DNA of 64,000 nucleotides from Gnetum montanum (taxonomy: Eukaryota; Plantae; Gnetophyta). Made by a program: the position numbers and the translations under genes. The stretch covers positions 190,781 to 254,780 of the forward strand of contig MNCI01002086.1 of NCBI GenBank assembly GCA_015680685.1, written 5' to 3'. Below are positions 1 through 13,699 of the stretch, piece after piece (positions within the stretch are counted from its first letter, which is position 1; every line of letters begins with the position of its first letter). The notes below the pieces were generated by a model. It ran no database searches and was not told the DNA's origin. It was given only the letters and a program-made list of their open reading frames with translations.

Positions 1-700
1 CTACCTCTATCCCTGTGTGTGAGATTTTATGCCCTAGTACTACACCTTCTTGGACCATCAAATGACTTTTCTGCTAGTTGTGCCTCAAATTGGTTTCTAC
101 ACATATTTTTAACACTTGCTCCAACTGGTCCAAGGCTTGATCAAAGTTTTCTCCATAAGTGGAGAAGTCATCCATAAAGACCTACATGCCATTCCATATC
201 TGCTATTGGAATATGCTTAGAAATAGTCATTGAAATGTTGCAGGGCATTGCACAAGCCAAACGACCTTTGTTTGTATGCAAACATTCCCCAAGGACTAGT
301 GAACATAGTCTTGGCTTGGTCTTCTAGGGCTATTTTTATTTGGCTATATTCGCTATATCCATCCAGAAAATTGTAATAGCGATGCCCTACGATGGTGTCT
401 AAGACTTGGTCAACAAATGGCAATGGAAAGTGATCTTTGAATGTTTCCATATTAAGTAGCCTAAAATATATGCACATCCTCCATTTGCCTCCCTTTTTAG
501 CACAATAACTAAGGGGCTAACCCATTCACTATCAGCAATAAGGTATATGAACCCAGCCTTGAGAAACTATTTGATTTCTTCCTTAACTACTTACTTCAGC
601 TTAGGGTTCAATCACCTCTGCGGTTGTCTTTGAGGCTTCATGGAGGGGTCACTATAAATTCTATGTTGGCATATCCTAGGATCTATTCTAGTTAATTCGG
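1..700 (-). pseudogene. Gypsy reverse transcriptase, degenerate
   Basis: ORF 217-477 KDHFPLPFVDQVLD...FLDGYSEYSQIKIA...FTSPWGMFAY...FGLCNA; FMDDFS at ~162-180; stops and frameshifts. Confidence 0.95.
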
Positions 701-1269
701 GATATGACCAATTGAAGGCTTCTAACCATTTATTTATTACCTTTAGTAGTTATTCTTTCTATTGAGGAGCAAGCTTAGCATTGATAATTACCAATTTTTC
801 ATTTTTAAGGAACATGTATTCCATACTGGTGGGCAATGGTTTCAGCTTGAGAGGCTTCTGCTTAAATTTTTTAGGGACTTCCAACTTCCCCGAGTTGATA
901 TTTTCAAGGTTAAGACTTGGAAGTTGGTAGTGGACTTGCTCTAATGCGTCTATGTTATCAATGTAAGCACAAGTCAAACCCTCAGTTGGTTAATGCATAT
1001 GAGTGAACTGCTTTCTTGATCAGCTGTCAGCCACTGGGTGTCTTCCTATTGTGTGGCTACTTCACATAGGCATCTTTGTATGTTGATCACTTGTGCACAC
1101 TGATTGCATGCAGGAAATGTTAAACTTTGCACAAACGATGACCTCTGCACGTAATTACACCCTGTGTCACTATATGTGATGCACAAAACTTTCTTCTTCT
1201 TGATCTTTCCAAATGTATTTTCCTTTGATATTTCTAGGGAAAGATCATAGATTCCTAGGTGTGCATTGA

Positions 1270-1600
1270 TGGTGCTTAGCCATGCTCTTTCCATTATGAT
1301 TGGGAAGTCCCCCTTACCGTTGTTTACCTAAATCACTAGGAAGTCAGCTGGGTACGACCACCCACAAATAGTGGTAACAATATCTTTCACTAGTCCCAAT
1401 GGGATAGTGGTGGACTAGTTGGCCAACTCTAGAGAGATGTTGCTCTTTTTCAATGGAGGTAGGTTCTAGGCCTTGTACATTTCTTGAGAAATCAAGTTGA
1501 CATCGGAACCTAAATCCAAAAGAGCATTGCACAGTGCATTTTCAACAATTTGTAAGTATATTAGAGGACTCCTAGGATTAGATAATTTCTTGGGAAGATG
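1270..1600 (-). pseudogene. Athila-type aspartic protease, degenerate
   Basis: ORF 1466-1723 KLSNPRSPLI...NALLDLGSDVNLIS; IIMERAWLST (decayed ILGRPFL) near 1290. Confidence 0.88.
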
Positions 1601-2304
1601 GCCAAATTTGATCCAATTGATGATGACATGTGTTAGCATGACTATATGCGTTGAGTGCAGTGATTGGGTTGAAGGGGGCTCTAAAGTTTTGATTGATACT
1701 GAGGCATCTAAGGAATCAGCCACTTATGATTGCAAGGGCTTGGTTGGACTATTGGTTCTAAAGAAAGGTCTTTTCTTCACGTGGTTGTTAGAACCAACAT
1801 TAGGTTGAGAGTTAATAGCCCTCATGGTGTAGGGATTTCACCTTGCATCATAGGAGCAGGTTGTAGTAGAGATATTGGTGAAAGAGATGCGGCCGGATGA
1901 TAAGGATGGTATGCTTGCAGGATATCACCTCTAGAAGAGGGAGTTCCATAATACTCATGGGCTTGGTAGTGAGGTTGAGGAGTGATGTGACTATTAGAGT
2001 CACGTGGGGAGATTGGTTATTGCACGTAATATCCATATGGGTCAGGTTGTTGGTAAGGACACTGTTGCCTTGGTGGTGGCATTCCCCATGACTGTGGGTG
2101 CTGCCATTGTTGATATTGCTCAATCGGTTGTGGTGGAGTTCCATTGGGATAATATGTTAAGGGTTGGTGGAACTGCCTTGGGTTACCTTGAGGATAAGGT
2201 AACTGTTGGCGACCATTTGGGATGCGACCACCAACGAGTGTCCTCGAACAGGATTTCGGTGCTTGTTGGTCTCTGGCAACACCAAGGCCCAGATACCTCC
2301 AAAT

Positions 2305-5300
2305 AGACTTAGTAGTTAATGTGAGTATGTATGTGTGCTTTTGCGGTGTGCAGTTGTGAAAAATGAAATGATTACATTGTGTGTAAACTACAAATGACTT
2401 ATCAATAAGAGATTCAGCCAACTTTGCCAAGTACTATGAGTTGTTGAGAGTTCCTATTTTGTTCAATTGCCTAGTCTATGTGGTCCTTATAATACCTACT
2501 TGTAACAAATAAAATTTTGTAAAAACATTTGAGCACAACTCTGCAAATTAACTTCTAATTTTTCATCAGAGAAAGAGATAGTTCCACCAGAAAACTAGAA
2601 ATAGAGCAAGATTCAATGGAAATAGATAGAAAAGAAAGCAGATTTGTGTTAAGACCTCAAATATTTAAACAAGGTAAAATGATACGAGTAAACACTTCAC
2701 AATAAAGCTATCCCAAATTCAATAACTACGAATTGTTCAAACTTCCAAGGCTCAAATAAGAAATTTCTTCAAGACAATCCTACTATGCTACGAAAAAATT
2801 GTTGCGTAAACTATCATAGACGAGACTCCATTTTGGCTACATAATGGACATCAACAATTGCATTTAGCAGAACCTTCAAAAGAGTTGACAATTTTTTATT
2901 GAAATACCACGGAGATTCACTTTAAAGATAAAAAGAAGCTATTCTGGTCCCATCAAAATACCAAAGATTTTCTGAACCCTTTTAACTATTGAATCGTTCA
3001 ATGGCATGACTACAAGTAGAGGCTCTCTTACAACAATCCCAATAGCGATTCTTATACGTTGCATAATAATCAAATTCACTACTAAAATGCTCTTAAGGCT
3101 TTCAAACACAAGTGCTTATATGGAAAAATTCTAATAGAAAATTTTCAATTATGCAACAAGAACAATAAGAGCAATCTAAAAATACCAAAATTACTTGCCA
3201 AGGATGATACTATCTAAATCACTAGCTAAAAAATTTTTAAAAAATAAAGAACAATAAAAATAACTCACAGGAATATGAAAAAGAGGCTAAAATCTTTTCT
3301 TTAGCAAGGCATCTTACAAGAAATCTTTCACAATGTCTTCCAAGAGTGTGTCTCCAAGTGAGAGCTCCCAAAAGTGTTCTCTCCTACTTGATCCCTGAAG
3401 CCTTTTTATAGGGTTCAAAGGTAGTTAGGTAAGTTACAACTATTTGGGTGGTTATAACCACCATAGAGATAAAAAGGCTACAGTTGACAAGTGTCCCATG
3501 TAGTTGCCAAGTGGTCACCATGGAGACAAAAAGGCTATAGTGGCCAAGTGGCCTATTTAGTTACCAAGTGGCCTACTTGGTGGTTATAAGTACCATGGGA
3601 AATTAAAATTTAGTTGTAACCACCAAGGAGAAGTTATCACCACCATGATATTTAAAAATTGCAAAGGACACTTGTTCCATACACATATAACATTGAACAA
3701 CTGCCCTATAACTTCTCTTTCCTTTTGAAATAATAACAATATCCCTTTACTTTTTTCTTAAACAAAGAAAAATGAAAATCAAATTAAATTTGATTAAAAA
3801 GGTTTATATCCTATTGGTTATGCCACTAGGTGACGAGGCTTCGCGTGAACAATGATAAATTAAGAATGATTGGTGGCTTCCTCATTGGTGGAAGGAAAAG
3901 CGCTTGAAATGTCGGCAACATCAACGTCCATGTCCATGTCCATGCTCAGCTCAGAAATGACCTGTCTTGCGGCTATGGCTACTGCTAAACCTCTTCCTAT
4001 TTCATCATCTTTACATTTGGCTGTAATGGCCATGAACTGCCACCACCATAATCATCATCATCGATAGTGGCCGTGAAGTGCCATCTATGTCTTCAGCAAC
4101 GGCTCTGCCGAAACCGCAACCGCAGGAGTCGGCATGGGCATGGAGCTAGCGTTTTCACGAAATGGTTGCTATAGTTGCAATGATTATTCCATGTAGCAAC
4201 AGTAGCAGCAAAGCTTGGTAGGTGCAATAATGGTGGACCGCATAGACGTAGAAAAATCAAAGGCAGCATGTGTGATATGTTCTCTGGCCAAATTGCAAGA
4301 ATTCATGCCTGCGAACGTAATGCCAGGTGTGAAGATGAGCATCATGTGGAAGAGTCCAACGGTGGCTGTGATGAGATTTGAAGTCAGGAGCATGGAATCG
4401 AGCTTTTCATCTACTGGGACGGTGATTGAGACATTCTTCTCGATGAAGACATCGTTGTCGCTTGCGCCGCAATCCCGGCCTTGGCACCTGATTTCGGCTA
4501 AGAGTTTCTTCTCTATTCTTATTAGGGTTTCTAGGGTTTCTAGTCGGTTCTGGAATTGGTTCCCATTTAATTGGCCGCACCAATTTCTGTCGTTGATCTT
4601 GATTTGGGTCTTCCCTGTTTATGTCTCTGGAATGAAGGAAGTGGCAGCAGTTGTAGAAGATACTCAATAGCCGTTGTCGTTGACAAGAACTATATTCTCC
4701 ACATCGGGTCTGCTTCTGATTGCGTATAAAATTCAAGAAAACCATTGTCCCACTTGATCATACTACTTGCAAATTTTCTTGCCTTCCAATTTTTGTTCAA
4801 AATAATTCTCATTACATTTCAAACTTGTAGCGAAATCATCATCCCCGGGCAGAGCCTTCATAACAAGTGAGAAACCACAACAACAGGGTTCACTCCCTCT
4901 CCCTTGTATAGAAGTGATCATCCATGTGTGAGTTACCTTCAAAATGACTGTTAATTCCTGGGGAGATATGCAACTGTGGTTGTATCTCCCTTTCAGATGA
5001 ATGATCTTGCGAATGTTGTGAGCATGATGATAGAGGTGATGGTAGTTATGGAAGAATGAAAGTTGAAAGAAAAGGAGAAGGAAATATTTACATCACATTC
5101 ATATTCATATTCATGGTGATGAAAATTCTTATCAAGCCTAAAATCCTTCTTTGCTGAATAATCTACATTAATATTTTTGCTGAATTGCTGAACATGTTGT
5201 TGTCCAAATTCATGCTTTCTTCTTCATGCTCGGAATCTTTATTGCAGTGAAGCTAGGCAGGTTCATGTATGGGATAACAAAAAAAATGATGTCAATCCCG

Positions 5301-5385
5301 CTGGAGTGGGTCATGATGAAAGACATCTATGGTTGGTGAATGGACATTTTTCAGGAAAAGCAAATTGATATAATCATGACCCATC
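2305..5385. other. ~3 kb segment of unrelated DNA interrupting element A (LTR-like part plus CpG-rich gene-like part)
   Basis: Homology to element B stops near 2300 and resumes near 5400. 3300-3660 has LTR-like features (minus-strand CTATAAAAAG at ~3402-3411; GTGGCCAAGTGG/ACCACCATGG repeats). Boundaries approximate. Confidence 0.55.
3830..4870. other. CpG-retaining, GC-richer island, possibly a host gene fragment
   Basis: Dozens of CG dinucleotides against a CG-depleted background; two telo-box motifs (TAGGGTTT at ~4523 and ~4532); long open frames on both strands but no recognisable domain. Confidence 0.5.
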
Positions 5386-6399
5386 ATGGTGGAACACCTG
5401 TGAACCGTGCATAACCCTAGGCTTGGATAAGTTGCTCACAATTTGTTAACGAACCAAATCTATGGCCTTTTCCATGACCTGATCATAATTAATTGCTGCC
5501 TCATCCATGTCTACATTGTTCGTGGTTATGAGGAGAGTCTTCATCACCCAACTCCACTGTTGTCGGCTTTATTTAGCTCTTTGATCAGTCTTGTGCTCCA
5601 TTGTCCTTCCATTCTATCACCCTCAAGCATTTCTTCTTTAATGTGGGAAAGATTTATTGCACATAGCTGAGTGAAAATCTTATAAACACCTATCTTCTTT
5701 GATGATCTTCCATTTAATAAATATTTAGGAGTGATATGACCTATGATTCTACCAATTGGAGTTGTAATATGTGTTTTGGGCTAACATTTAGTATAAATTT
5801 CAAAATACTCTATTTTGGAAGTAAACAAATTTCCAACTTATTCCATGAAATGGAAAATGTGCCAACAGTAACCTTTAGGGTGTTTTCCTTTTGTTTAATC
5901 GTGGGTTGAATGCATACACCCCAGACTCCTGCAAATATGAGATTATAGGGCAACATTTCTTAGGATGGTCATATTGACATATCTCACATCCACTATCATT
6001 GTTTGTTTCCAAATCCACAACCTCTTTAATGATGGAAACATTTCCCTTACCCTTGCTACGTGCATGTTCAGCCTCTTTCTTTTTTCTTTTCTCACTACCT
6101 TACTCTCTAGACTCCTCTACTATTTTAAGAATAGTTTAAAATCTATTGTCTAGGGAATCTCACATTTGGTCTACCTTTGTTGAAACTTCTGATGTCATCT
6201 TTTGGATAGACAAATTTTTCCTATTCACCAACTCTTCAAATGGTGACTCTTCTTCATCCTCACAAAATCTTACTCCCCTCTTCCGAAGGGAAGGATCTCG
6301 ATTATACTCTTCCACACTTTCTCTCCTCTATAACTGACCTTCTTTCTTAGCAACTTGCTCCAATAGTCTTTGAATTTGATGGGACCTAAGCTTGGATAG

Positions 6400-6900
6400 T
6401 CACCCTTGGGCATAAGTCCCAAGGGTTCTTCTTGTTTCATGCCTAAGCCCATCCATGAGATGGCACAGTTTATCCCTTTGCGAATAATCATGGCCAAGAC
6501 AACGATGTAACAGTACATATTATTGGCCCATGGAAACATTCAAGGGTTCATGTCTTCCTTATTTCCAACCTTGGATTTGCTTTTGCAAGTTAGACACTCA
6601 GGAGTATGTTTGGTGCTTGTCATTAAATAGTTCTAACATAGTACTCCACCTACGAATGGATTCCAGTTCTAAAGATCGATACCAACTTTACAATTCTTTG
6701 ACTAATGTCTGTGGGAACAAGTTAAGTTTTTTCCATTCATTCTCTATGTTTTGTAATACACATGCATCATGGAATACTTATAAATGATTCTGAGGATCAA
6801 CGTTGTATCCACCTTCAAATCATGGGATGTTGTTCATATCTAATCTCTTGATCCTATTATCTTTCTGATGCCTTGTTGGAATTCTAAAAGCCTTAGTTAT
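6400..6900 (-). pseudogene. Retrotransposon gag (capsid) domain of element A
   Basis: Minus strand reads FEGGYNVDPQNHL...KKLNLFPQTLVKEL*SWYRSL...SIRRWSTMLELFNDK; homologous to 51050-51350. Confidence 0.8.
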
Positions 6901-7938
6901 GTCCAACATACTGTGAGTAGCAAGGAGGGGTTCATCGTGATCATCGTGTCCATAGCGTCTATGATGCCTACGTTATTCCCTACTCTCCCTTCTTCTATGT
7001 CGTGACTCTCTAGAGTGCCCTTGTCCCCTTTCATGGCTATTTTGTCTATGACTTCCACTTTGCCTACCTTTATTCCCATGGTCTTTTTCTTTATGACTGT
7101 GTTCAAATATTAAAGGAGAGGGTGAAGGAGACGATGAAGGTGAAGAAGAATAAGAACTATCATCATGATAGTGACTGCTACCTTCTCTTCTATAGTCTTT
7201 GCCCCGATCACGATTACGATCAGAATGTCCACCTTTATCATGAGTTCATGTCCCTTTTTCAAACCCTTTGTGCCTATGGGTATCAGAACCTAGGTTATGA
7301 ATAGTAGAATGAAGGTTCTAATACACAACCCCTTGGACAAAGTCAAGGGGAGGAACATCATTGTGTGGATGAATGCCTGAGGTAGGTTCACCAGCCTCAT
7401 TTTCGCTTAGGACATGTGGGGCATCTTGGGACCACTTACCCTTCAAAGACTTATGATGTCTCTCCTGTTACAAGTCCCTTTGACATTATGCCTCTATGGA
7501 ATGATATTCTCTTGAGTCATGGTCTTGCACAATGTATTTTGCATGTAAGTGCAGCATGCTAATTCATGTGAGAGCATGAAGAAGCATGCTCGAGACCAAA
7601 CGATTGGGAGGTAACACTATGTTACCTTCTAAGTCTCGCCAATGTAGTTGTTCATCTTGATGGAGGATAAAGGTGAAGTCTGGTATATACTCATCAAGAT
7701 GAATATATACCACTTAAACTTGTTGAGGGACTTGCAGATCAACGTCATGTGTATTATGCAGTCGACTGTTTCCTATTTTAGACCTAGACAGTCAAGCACT
7801 TTTGTATGAAGAAGGAGACATACTCGTTTGTTCAGTGTGCAATGTATTCTTGTTTATTATTTTCTCAACCAACCCTAAGGGTTCATTCCAATGATGTGAA
7901 TGATTTTCTAAGTTCTAGTTAGCGCACAAACAACTAAG

Positions 7939-7956
7939 TCCCTGGAAACAGTGCCA
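7939..7956 (-). promoter_or_regulatory. Primer-binding site complementary to tRNA-Asp(GUC) 3' end
   Basis: Reverse complement TGGCACTGTTTCCAGGGA is a decayed TGGCGCCGTTGCCGGGGA, 1 nt from the LTR end. Confidence 0.85.
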
Positions 7957-7957
7957 A

Positions 7958-8671
7958 TGATGAGCGGCGAGGTACCCCTATGCTCAACCATACAAATATG
8001 AGTGTTTCATGCATGATTCGGTTGAATTCCAAGGACTAAGTGCTTATGCACCCTTATGGAACAAGGGTGGGTTGGTTGATTGTTGTCTTCCCAAGCTTAC
8101 CTATATGTCACGATTGTATGGTTAAGTAAGCTTGAGGCATATGATTTTTATAGCTTTTATGTTTTTATGTCCTGTGCTAATAAGGGAGAAGAGAGATAAC
8201 TAAGTGACTAATTTATCTTAACTAGTCATTAACTAAGCTCTAACTAATCCTAACACCAACATTCGTTCTCAGTTTCCATACACATCTTGAACTAGTGCAA
8301 CACTACTGGGATTACCAAACGCTAATCGTTACTGGGTTACCAAGTGTTACACGCATGCTCGAAGTGATCGTAGTGAGTGTATTTTAACGATTTTCTTAAT
8401 TGATCAAAATGAATTGCTACGCTAATAACATAAATGTAAAGTGTATAAAATAAAATAAAATGAAATAAGTTCATAAGAAAATAAAATAAAGGAAATGCGT
8501 AAGAAAAATAATCTCAAGTGCTGCAAGGATGAATCAAAGAGCTCGTCTTTATTGTCGTACACAAGGTGTGCTCAAGTACACAATGCTTGAATAAAGATCC
8601 ATCCACACTTAGATCTCCTATTTTGGGCACTTGGAAAATACTCTAACTTTCAAATAGACTACAAGAGCTTC
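7958..8671 (-). repeat. 5' LTR of element A, truncated by a second LTR
   Basis: Begins TGATGAGCGGCGAGG; colinear with the LTRs at 30184 and 52434; breaks off at ACAAGAGCTTC. Confidence 0.85.
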
Positions 8672-9700
8672 TGATGAGTGGCAAGGTACCCCTACACTCA
8701 ACCATACGAATACGAGCATTACACGCGTGATCCGGTCGAACTCGGCAGACTAAGTGCCTACACGCCTTATGGAACACTTAAGGTTAATACTTAAGGTTAA
8801 TCGTTCATTGTCTTCCCAAACTTACTTGTATTTTTCATGGTTGTATGGTTAAGTAAGTCTGAGGTATGTGATTTTTATATCTTTTATGTTTTTATCGCCT
8901 ATGCTAATGAGGTAAAGGGTGAAGAGACTAATTAACTAACTTTAACTAACTAAGTTCTAATGCCTAGCATCAGTATCCGTTCCCACTTACCATTCACACC
9001 CTGAGCCGATGCAACCTTCTGGGATTACCAAATACTATTCGTTACTGGGATTACCAAGCGTAATGCATGTGCTCAAAGCGGTCATATTGAATGCACTTAA
9101 CTAGGAGAGAAGGGTTGAGAGAGATTTAATTAACTAATAAAGCATTTAAATAATAAATAATAAATAATAATAAGTAAAGTCCTATTTAGCTTAGTCCATG
9201 TACTGTAAGATTTATCCAAGAAGTTCTTCTTTATTTCCATACACAAACTTGTGCTTAGGTAAAATATTTGCTCCAATAAAGATCCGTTCACTTTGGAGCT
9301 CCTACTGCGGGCACATGGAAATTATTCTATCTCTGGAGAGGTAAAACTGCCAGAGTTTCGCTAAGGGTCTAGATCTAGATTGAGAAACAAGGGATAACCA
9401 CATCTTATTTATAGATTTGGTGACACACTACGATATCGTGTACATGATATTGCAGGGGATGCGATATCGCGGCCCATGTGATATCGCATCTCACTAGTTT
9501 CACTAATTGACTGCTAAAAGACTTCCTTCCCCAATTGTGCGCCTGGGCACTGTATTTATAGGCTTGGGAGCAACTACTCTAATAATTAGAGTAACCACTC
9601 TAATAATTAGAATAAACTACTAGAGTAACTGCTCTAATAATTAGAATAAACTGCTAGAGTCTAGAGTCTAGAGTCTGTTAGAGTGCTACCATGCTTATGT
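8672..9700 (-). repeat. Second, related Athila-type LTR (different subfamily) abutting the LTR of A
   Basis: Restarts TGATGAGTGGCAAGGTACCCC and repeats 7958-8670 colinearly; minus-strand TATA (CTATAAATA) at ~9553-9561; right end not defined. Confidence 0.8.
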
Positions 9701-10269
9701 AGCCTAGAATTGTTTGGTTGATGTGGAGTCTAGTGTTTGTGTGATAATTAAAGCTTTTGGTTTTTTCTCATTTTTACCATTAATGCCTTAAACATTAAAA
9801 CATCAAAAACATCTATAAAAGTTTAAAATAAAAAAAAAATATATTCAATCCTTTTTTTCATAAGCTGTAATGATTCAACCTTACCCAAGAAGGTCATGAT
9901 TGTATGACATGGTGTTGGGTCATTGAAGTTGTGACTAAAAACCATTCTTACTACATTTCCTATGTGGTGTTGCACCTGTCCCCAAGAATGATTGCAATGC
10001 ATGTATTTATTATTATTTTGTTCTTTATAATTATAAAATTGGTAAATAATCATAAAATATAAAATCATAAATATTCTCTAATCTTTCCCACAATGACAAC
10101 ATAGGTTTGAATTGTATTATATTTATTGTAATATCTTTTATATTTCTTGAATGCAATGACATACATGAGTATTCTTGGCATCCACTCAACATCATCTTTG
10201 AAACTTATGACTAAATTTCATAGTGATTCAAATGATATATCCCTTTGGTCCAAAACCACCAAGACCCCT

Positions 10270-13150
10270 ATCATTTCCTCAACTATAAGGACGATGATAT
10301 TGATAACATAAAAATTGAATATGGTAATTTTCTCAACATAGAAAAAATGGGAGATTGAATTGTAAGACTATCCAATAATAAGGGCATAGCTATAATTGAT
10401 GTATTTCTCATTCCAAATCTTTCAAATCCCTTGTTATTTGTAGGAAAAATCACGTAGATAGGAATTAATGCAAGATTTAGAAATGAATTGTGTACTAGCA
10501 CAAAATCTCATGGAGAGAAGATCATAAAGAGAAAAGCCTACAATAATCAAATCTACTATATACATAGTGATTATTTTGACTTAAAAGGGAATCTCACTAG
10601 CACTAGCACTAGCAATAATGTTCAAGAACTAAAAACTTATACTATTTAAGTACCAATATTCAAAGAAAAATCAAGAAAAATTACCACTAATATAAATTTA
10701 GAAATTTATTATTCTTCCATAAATGATGAGAAAGCAAAAATATGAAACAAACTATTAGAACACATCATATTATAACATTGAAAACATGGCAAAACTAAAA
10801 AGAGCTATAGGAAACTAACTCAAAGAAACTCCAAAGAAGAGATGTGAAGTTTTCATATCAAGAAAATAAGTAAATAGTCTTCACACCATGGCCATGAAAA
10901 GAAAAGATAAACTTCTTGAGATAATTCATAGTGATCTTGTTAGTACTATGCCAATCACATCAATGGGAGGAGCAAATTATACCTTTTTCATGGTGGATGA
11001 TTATTTTATATTTACTTGAACATATAACATAAGAAATAATGATGAATTTGCAAGTAAATTTAAAGATTTATATACCATCATGCACTATACTATGAATCAC
11101 ACTATAAAGGCCATTAGATCAAATAAAGGAGGAAAGTTATTCAACAAAGACTTTGAAGAATTTTTCTCAAACCAAGGAATTTTCCATCAAACAATATGGG
11201 AATATAGTATCTAATCAAATGTAGTTGTAGAAAGGAAAAATAGAACCTTAAAAGACATGATGAGATGTCTTCTAACAAATGCATAATTACCAAACAAATA
11301 TTGGAGCATGGTCATGGCCATGACAGCCTATATTACCAATAGAATTATTAGTAGTAGCAAAAAAGACAAATCACATTATGAACTATTTTATAACAAGATA
11401 CTAAATATCATGCACATGAAAATATTTGGGTGTCATTACAATGTTAAAATTCCAAAATAATTTCTAGATAAGTTGGATAATAGAGTAAAAATCACATATT
11501 TCCTAGCTATGATACAAAAACAAGTGAATACAAATGCTATGACCCAAGTGAACATTAGTGGTACTCATTTAGAGACATGATATTTATTGAAGAACAATTT
11601 GGCATAAATAAGCTTCAGATGACAATGAAAAATCATAGATTCAAAATAACTTTAAGCCTTGGGTTTAAAGCAGCCACCCTTAAGATCAAATGCAAGATAA
11701 AAATTTTGAAATAAGGATATTTAGATTTACTTTATTTAATATTCTTGCCTACTCAACCCTTAGTTAAGAGCTAAAAAACATACAAGAAGCATTAAATATT
11801 AAAGAATGGAAGGAATCCATGGACAATGAATATGAAGCCATCATGAAAGAAGCAATTATAATGAAAAAAGAGAAATTATCAAACACAAAGCAAGACTTAT
11901 TACAAGAGGATTTAGACAAAACAAATACATTGAGTATAAAGGAATATTTACAGCCATAGCAAGGTTTGAAATTATAAAACTTATTCTTTCTATAGAAGCT
12001 CATCAAAACTTAAAAGTATATCATATTGATGTAAACTCAACTTTCCTTAATGGTAATCTAAATGAGAAGGAAAATAAGACAAAGTGTGGAAACCCAAAAA
12101 GGCTTTGTATGATTTAAAGCCAACTCATAGAGCTTGGTTCCATAAAATTAATGAGTTTTTTCTTAAGAAAATATACTCCTCGTGCATGTTTAAACCAACC
12201 TTATACTACAAACATGATAACAATGAGTTCATTTTGATATATATCTATGTTGATGATCTAGTATTTACTACCACTAATCAAAAGATATTAGAAGAATTCA
12301 AATTAGACATGAAGAATGAATTTAAAATGAAACACCTTGGGCATCCATGTTGAATAAGAAAAGGAGGGTATTAAGATTTTTTAAACCATGTATTTTAAAT
12401 CAATACTAGAGAAATACAACATTTACAAGAAAAAAACTAGTAAATTCTCTCCTTCCTCACAACATTGAACTTTAAATCAAAGATAACACTCCTCTTGTTA
12501 ACTTAATTATATACAAAAATATGATAGTATCACATAGATTTCTATGTCGCACTAGGCTTGATCTAGAATTTGTCACATCATATCTATCTTAATTCATAAA
12601 AGAATTAATAGAATATCATCTTAAATTTCTTATTCATTTACTAAAATTTGTGAAAGACACTATAGATTATGGACTAAATTATGCCAAAGGAGATAAAAAA
12701 TTTCATGCCTATGCTAATGAAAATTTGGGAGGAGTTAATGAAAATAGGAAATCAATTTCAAGATCAATTATATTTCATGGGAAGGATGCCATCTAATGAA
12801 ATCCAAAAATAAAACATTAGTAATCCTTCAACAAAAAAATTTATTTTCATGACATAATGTACTCAACATATTCTTTGGATCAAAAAATTGATGATAGACC
12901 TTGGATTTCATGTTGACCTATCCATCAACTTAGCATGTGACAATACATAAGCTATAAAAATTTCAAATGAACTTGTTCTTCATAGGAAATTAAAACATAT
13001 TGATATAAAATAACATCATAAATCATGAAGTAAATAAGGGCAATATCAAACCAATACATGTTGAATCAAATAATTAGTTAGCTAAATTATTGACAAAATA
13101 ATTTTTGCATCATAGGAATGAGCACCTTTGTAATGATATAGGCATTATGA
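10270..13150 (+). mobile_element. Ty1/copia pol remnant (protease C-term, integrase, RT, RNase H), 5'-truncated
   Basis: LLEIIHSDLV...FMVDDY (INT); VERKNRTL; IDVNSTFLNG and IYVDDLV (RT; ORF 12084-12353); KLKHIDIK (RH). Copia domain order. Confidence 0.93.
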
Positions 13151-13699
13151 AAACATCAAGAATGAAGAAGGAAGATCAAGGAACTTGCATTTTGAAGTAA
13201 TTTTAGGTAGTGAAAGAATTATTTGGTTATCTTGAATTTAAAATGAGAAGCTAATAAAATTTGTATTTTTGGAAATCATAGAAATTTATCTACAATTTGG
13301 AAATAACATGTACTGCAAAAGATATCTAGAAGATGGATTTATGTTATGTTCTTTCTATCCTATCAAAAATCACAATAATTCTAGTAATGAAACTTTGAGA
13401 GATAATAACTCAAAAGTTGTGTTTCTGATGCTAAAATTATGACTAAACCTTTACAAAAATATTATCTTTTAAATAAATTTGGAATCACATCAAATCATTA
13501 TGAGATAAGGGGAAAATGATCTAATAACTTGTCATTGATTTTGGTAAAATTTTAGTACTTAGAAAATATACCAAATTTTATAGTGAATATCTCCCAAACC
13601 ACAATAGATATTGAGATGAAATTTTACATGAATGTAGCCACCTATTATAGCTTTGAAATAAATCTAAAATGAATAAAAATATTAATAAATTCTTAGATA

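Larger units (their letters stand above)
1..8671 (-). mobile_element. Athila-like Ty3/gypsy LTR retrotransposon (element A), 5' portion, degenerate; continues beyond window start
   Basis: On the minus strand: LTR (7958-8671), tRNA-Asp-type PBS, gag, P/Q-rich linker, protease (ALLDLGSDVNLI), RT (FLDGYS, VFMDDFS). Colinear with element B. Interrupted at ~2305-5385. Confidence 0.9.

Noticed and set aside
4457-4495. miR168-like words
   Set aside because: Only a partial resemblance, and no precursor hairpin.
4523-4543. Interstitial telomere
   Set aside because: Only two imperfect units; treated as telo-box motifs.
4959-4991. Small hairpin GGGAGAT...ATCTCCC as a structured RNA
   Set aside because: A ~12-bp stem is too short to support any call.
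8671-8720. Hammerhead ribozyme or retrozyme (CTGATGAG; also at 30183, 33348, 47977)
   Set aside because: No stem II followed by GAAA; two of the four hits are simply LTR termini.
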